Shown: in pieces, positions 63,561-64,000 of the stretch
Numbering within the stretch: position 1 is the stretch's first letter
How the letters are laid out: every line of letters starts with the position of its first letter
Origin: Mobula hypostoma
Taxonomy: Eukaryota
Length of the DNA stretch: 64,000 nt
Direction of reading: 5' to 3'
Assembly: GCF_963921235.1 (NCBI RefSeq)
Contig: NC_086109.1
Location: 1,302,001-1,366,000, forward strand
The notes under the pieces: model-generated
What the model saw: only the letters and a program-made list of their open reading frames with translations
Database searches by the model: none
What the model was told of the DNA's origin: nothing
Made by a program: the position numbers and the translations under genes

Positions 63561-64000
63561 AAATACCCATGCCGTGACTGTGAATTTCAACTGTAGTAGT
63601 CTTGAGCGGGAATATTTGATGATATTCGGAGTGCACGCAATAACTGGCCCATTATGATGTGGACAAATATGGGTAGGCCGAAACGATCGGTAGCGTGAAG
63701 CAAACACTAGCAGTTGCCAGGCCTCAGAAACCTTTTTCTAGTCGTGTTAAAATATCACCAAATATTCAGTATAACACATAGAAAAAGCTGGAGGAACTTA
63801 GTAGGCCAGGTGACATATATGTAAAAAATAAACAATCGATAAACAATAAATAAAATCTTCAAATGAAAAGTGGGTGTGCATAACAACCCGGAATGGTTGT
63901 CGTCAAGCCGGTGCCTGTCGGTCGGGCTGGACCAGACAGGAAAACTGCAGGGCGGACCGTGAAAAGAACTGCCAGGGCACTAATGGAAGCAATATGACAG

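Overview
Vertebrate genomic DNA. The repeat families (CR1, Rex1/Babar, L2, RTE, L1/Tx1, Penelope, Gypsy, tRNA-SINE) suggest a cartilaginous fish, probably a ray (inference). About 90% is transposon debris and tandem repeat, with two N-gaps. A minus-strand immunoglobulin-superfamily receptor gene, largely missed by the ORF track, runs through it: an ISRE/inverted-CCAAT promoter (~32531-32582), a phase-1 signal-peptide exon (32399-32459), a long intron with a ~12 kb 48-bp minisatellite, two candidate small exons (16906-17046 TM-like; 16114-16164), and two tandem phase 1-1 cysteine-less IgV exons (12582-12890, 10305-10619) of CD2/SLAM/CEACAM type. No C-type Ig exon or downstream TM exon could be assigned with confidence. 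Other points: five Penelope-borne minimal hammerhead ribozyme motifs, a twin-primed L1 with a 19-bp TSD, and a duplicated Tx1 fragment plus 18-bp minisatellite. Coordinates were counted by hand: exon, TSD and ribozyme boundaries are base-level, TE boundaries are approximate.
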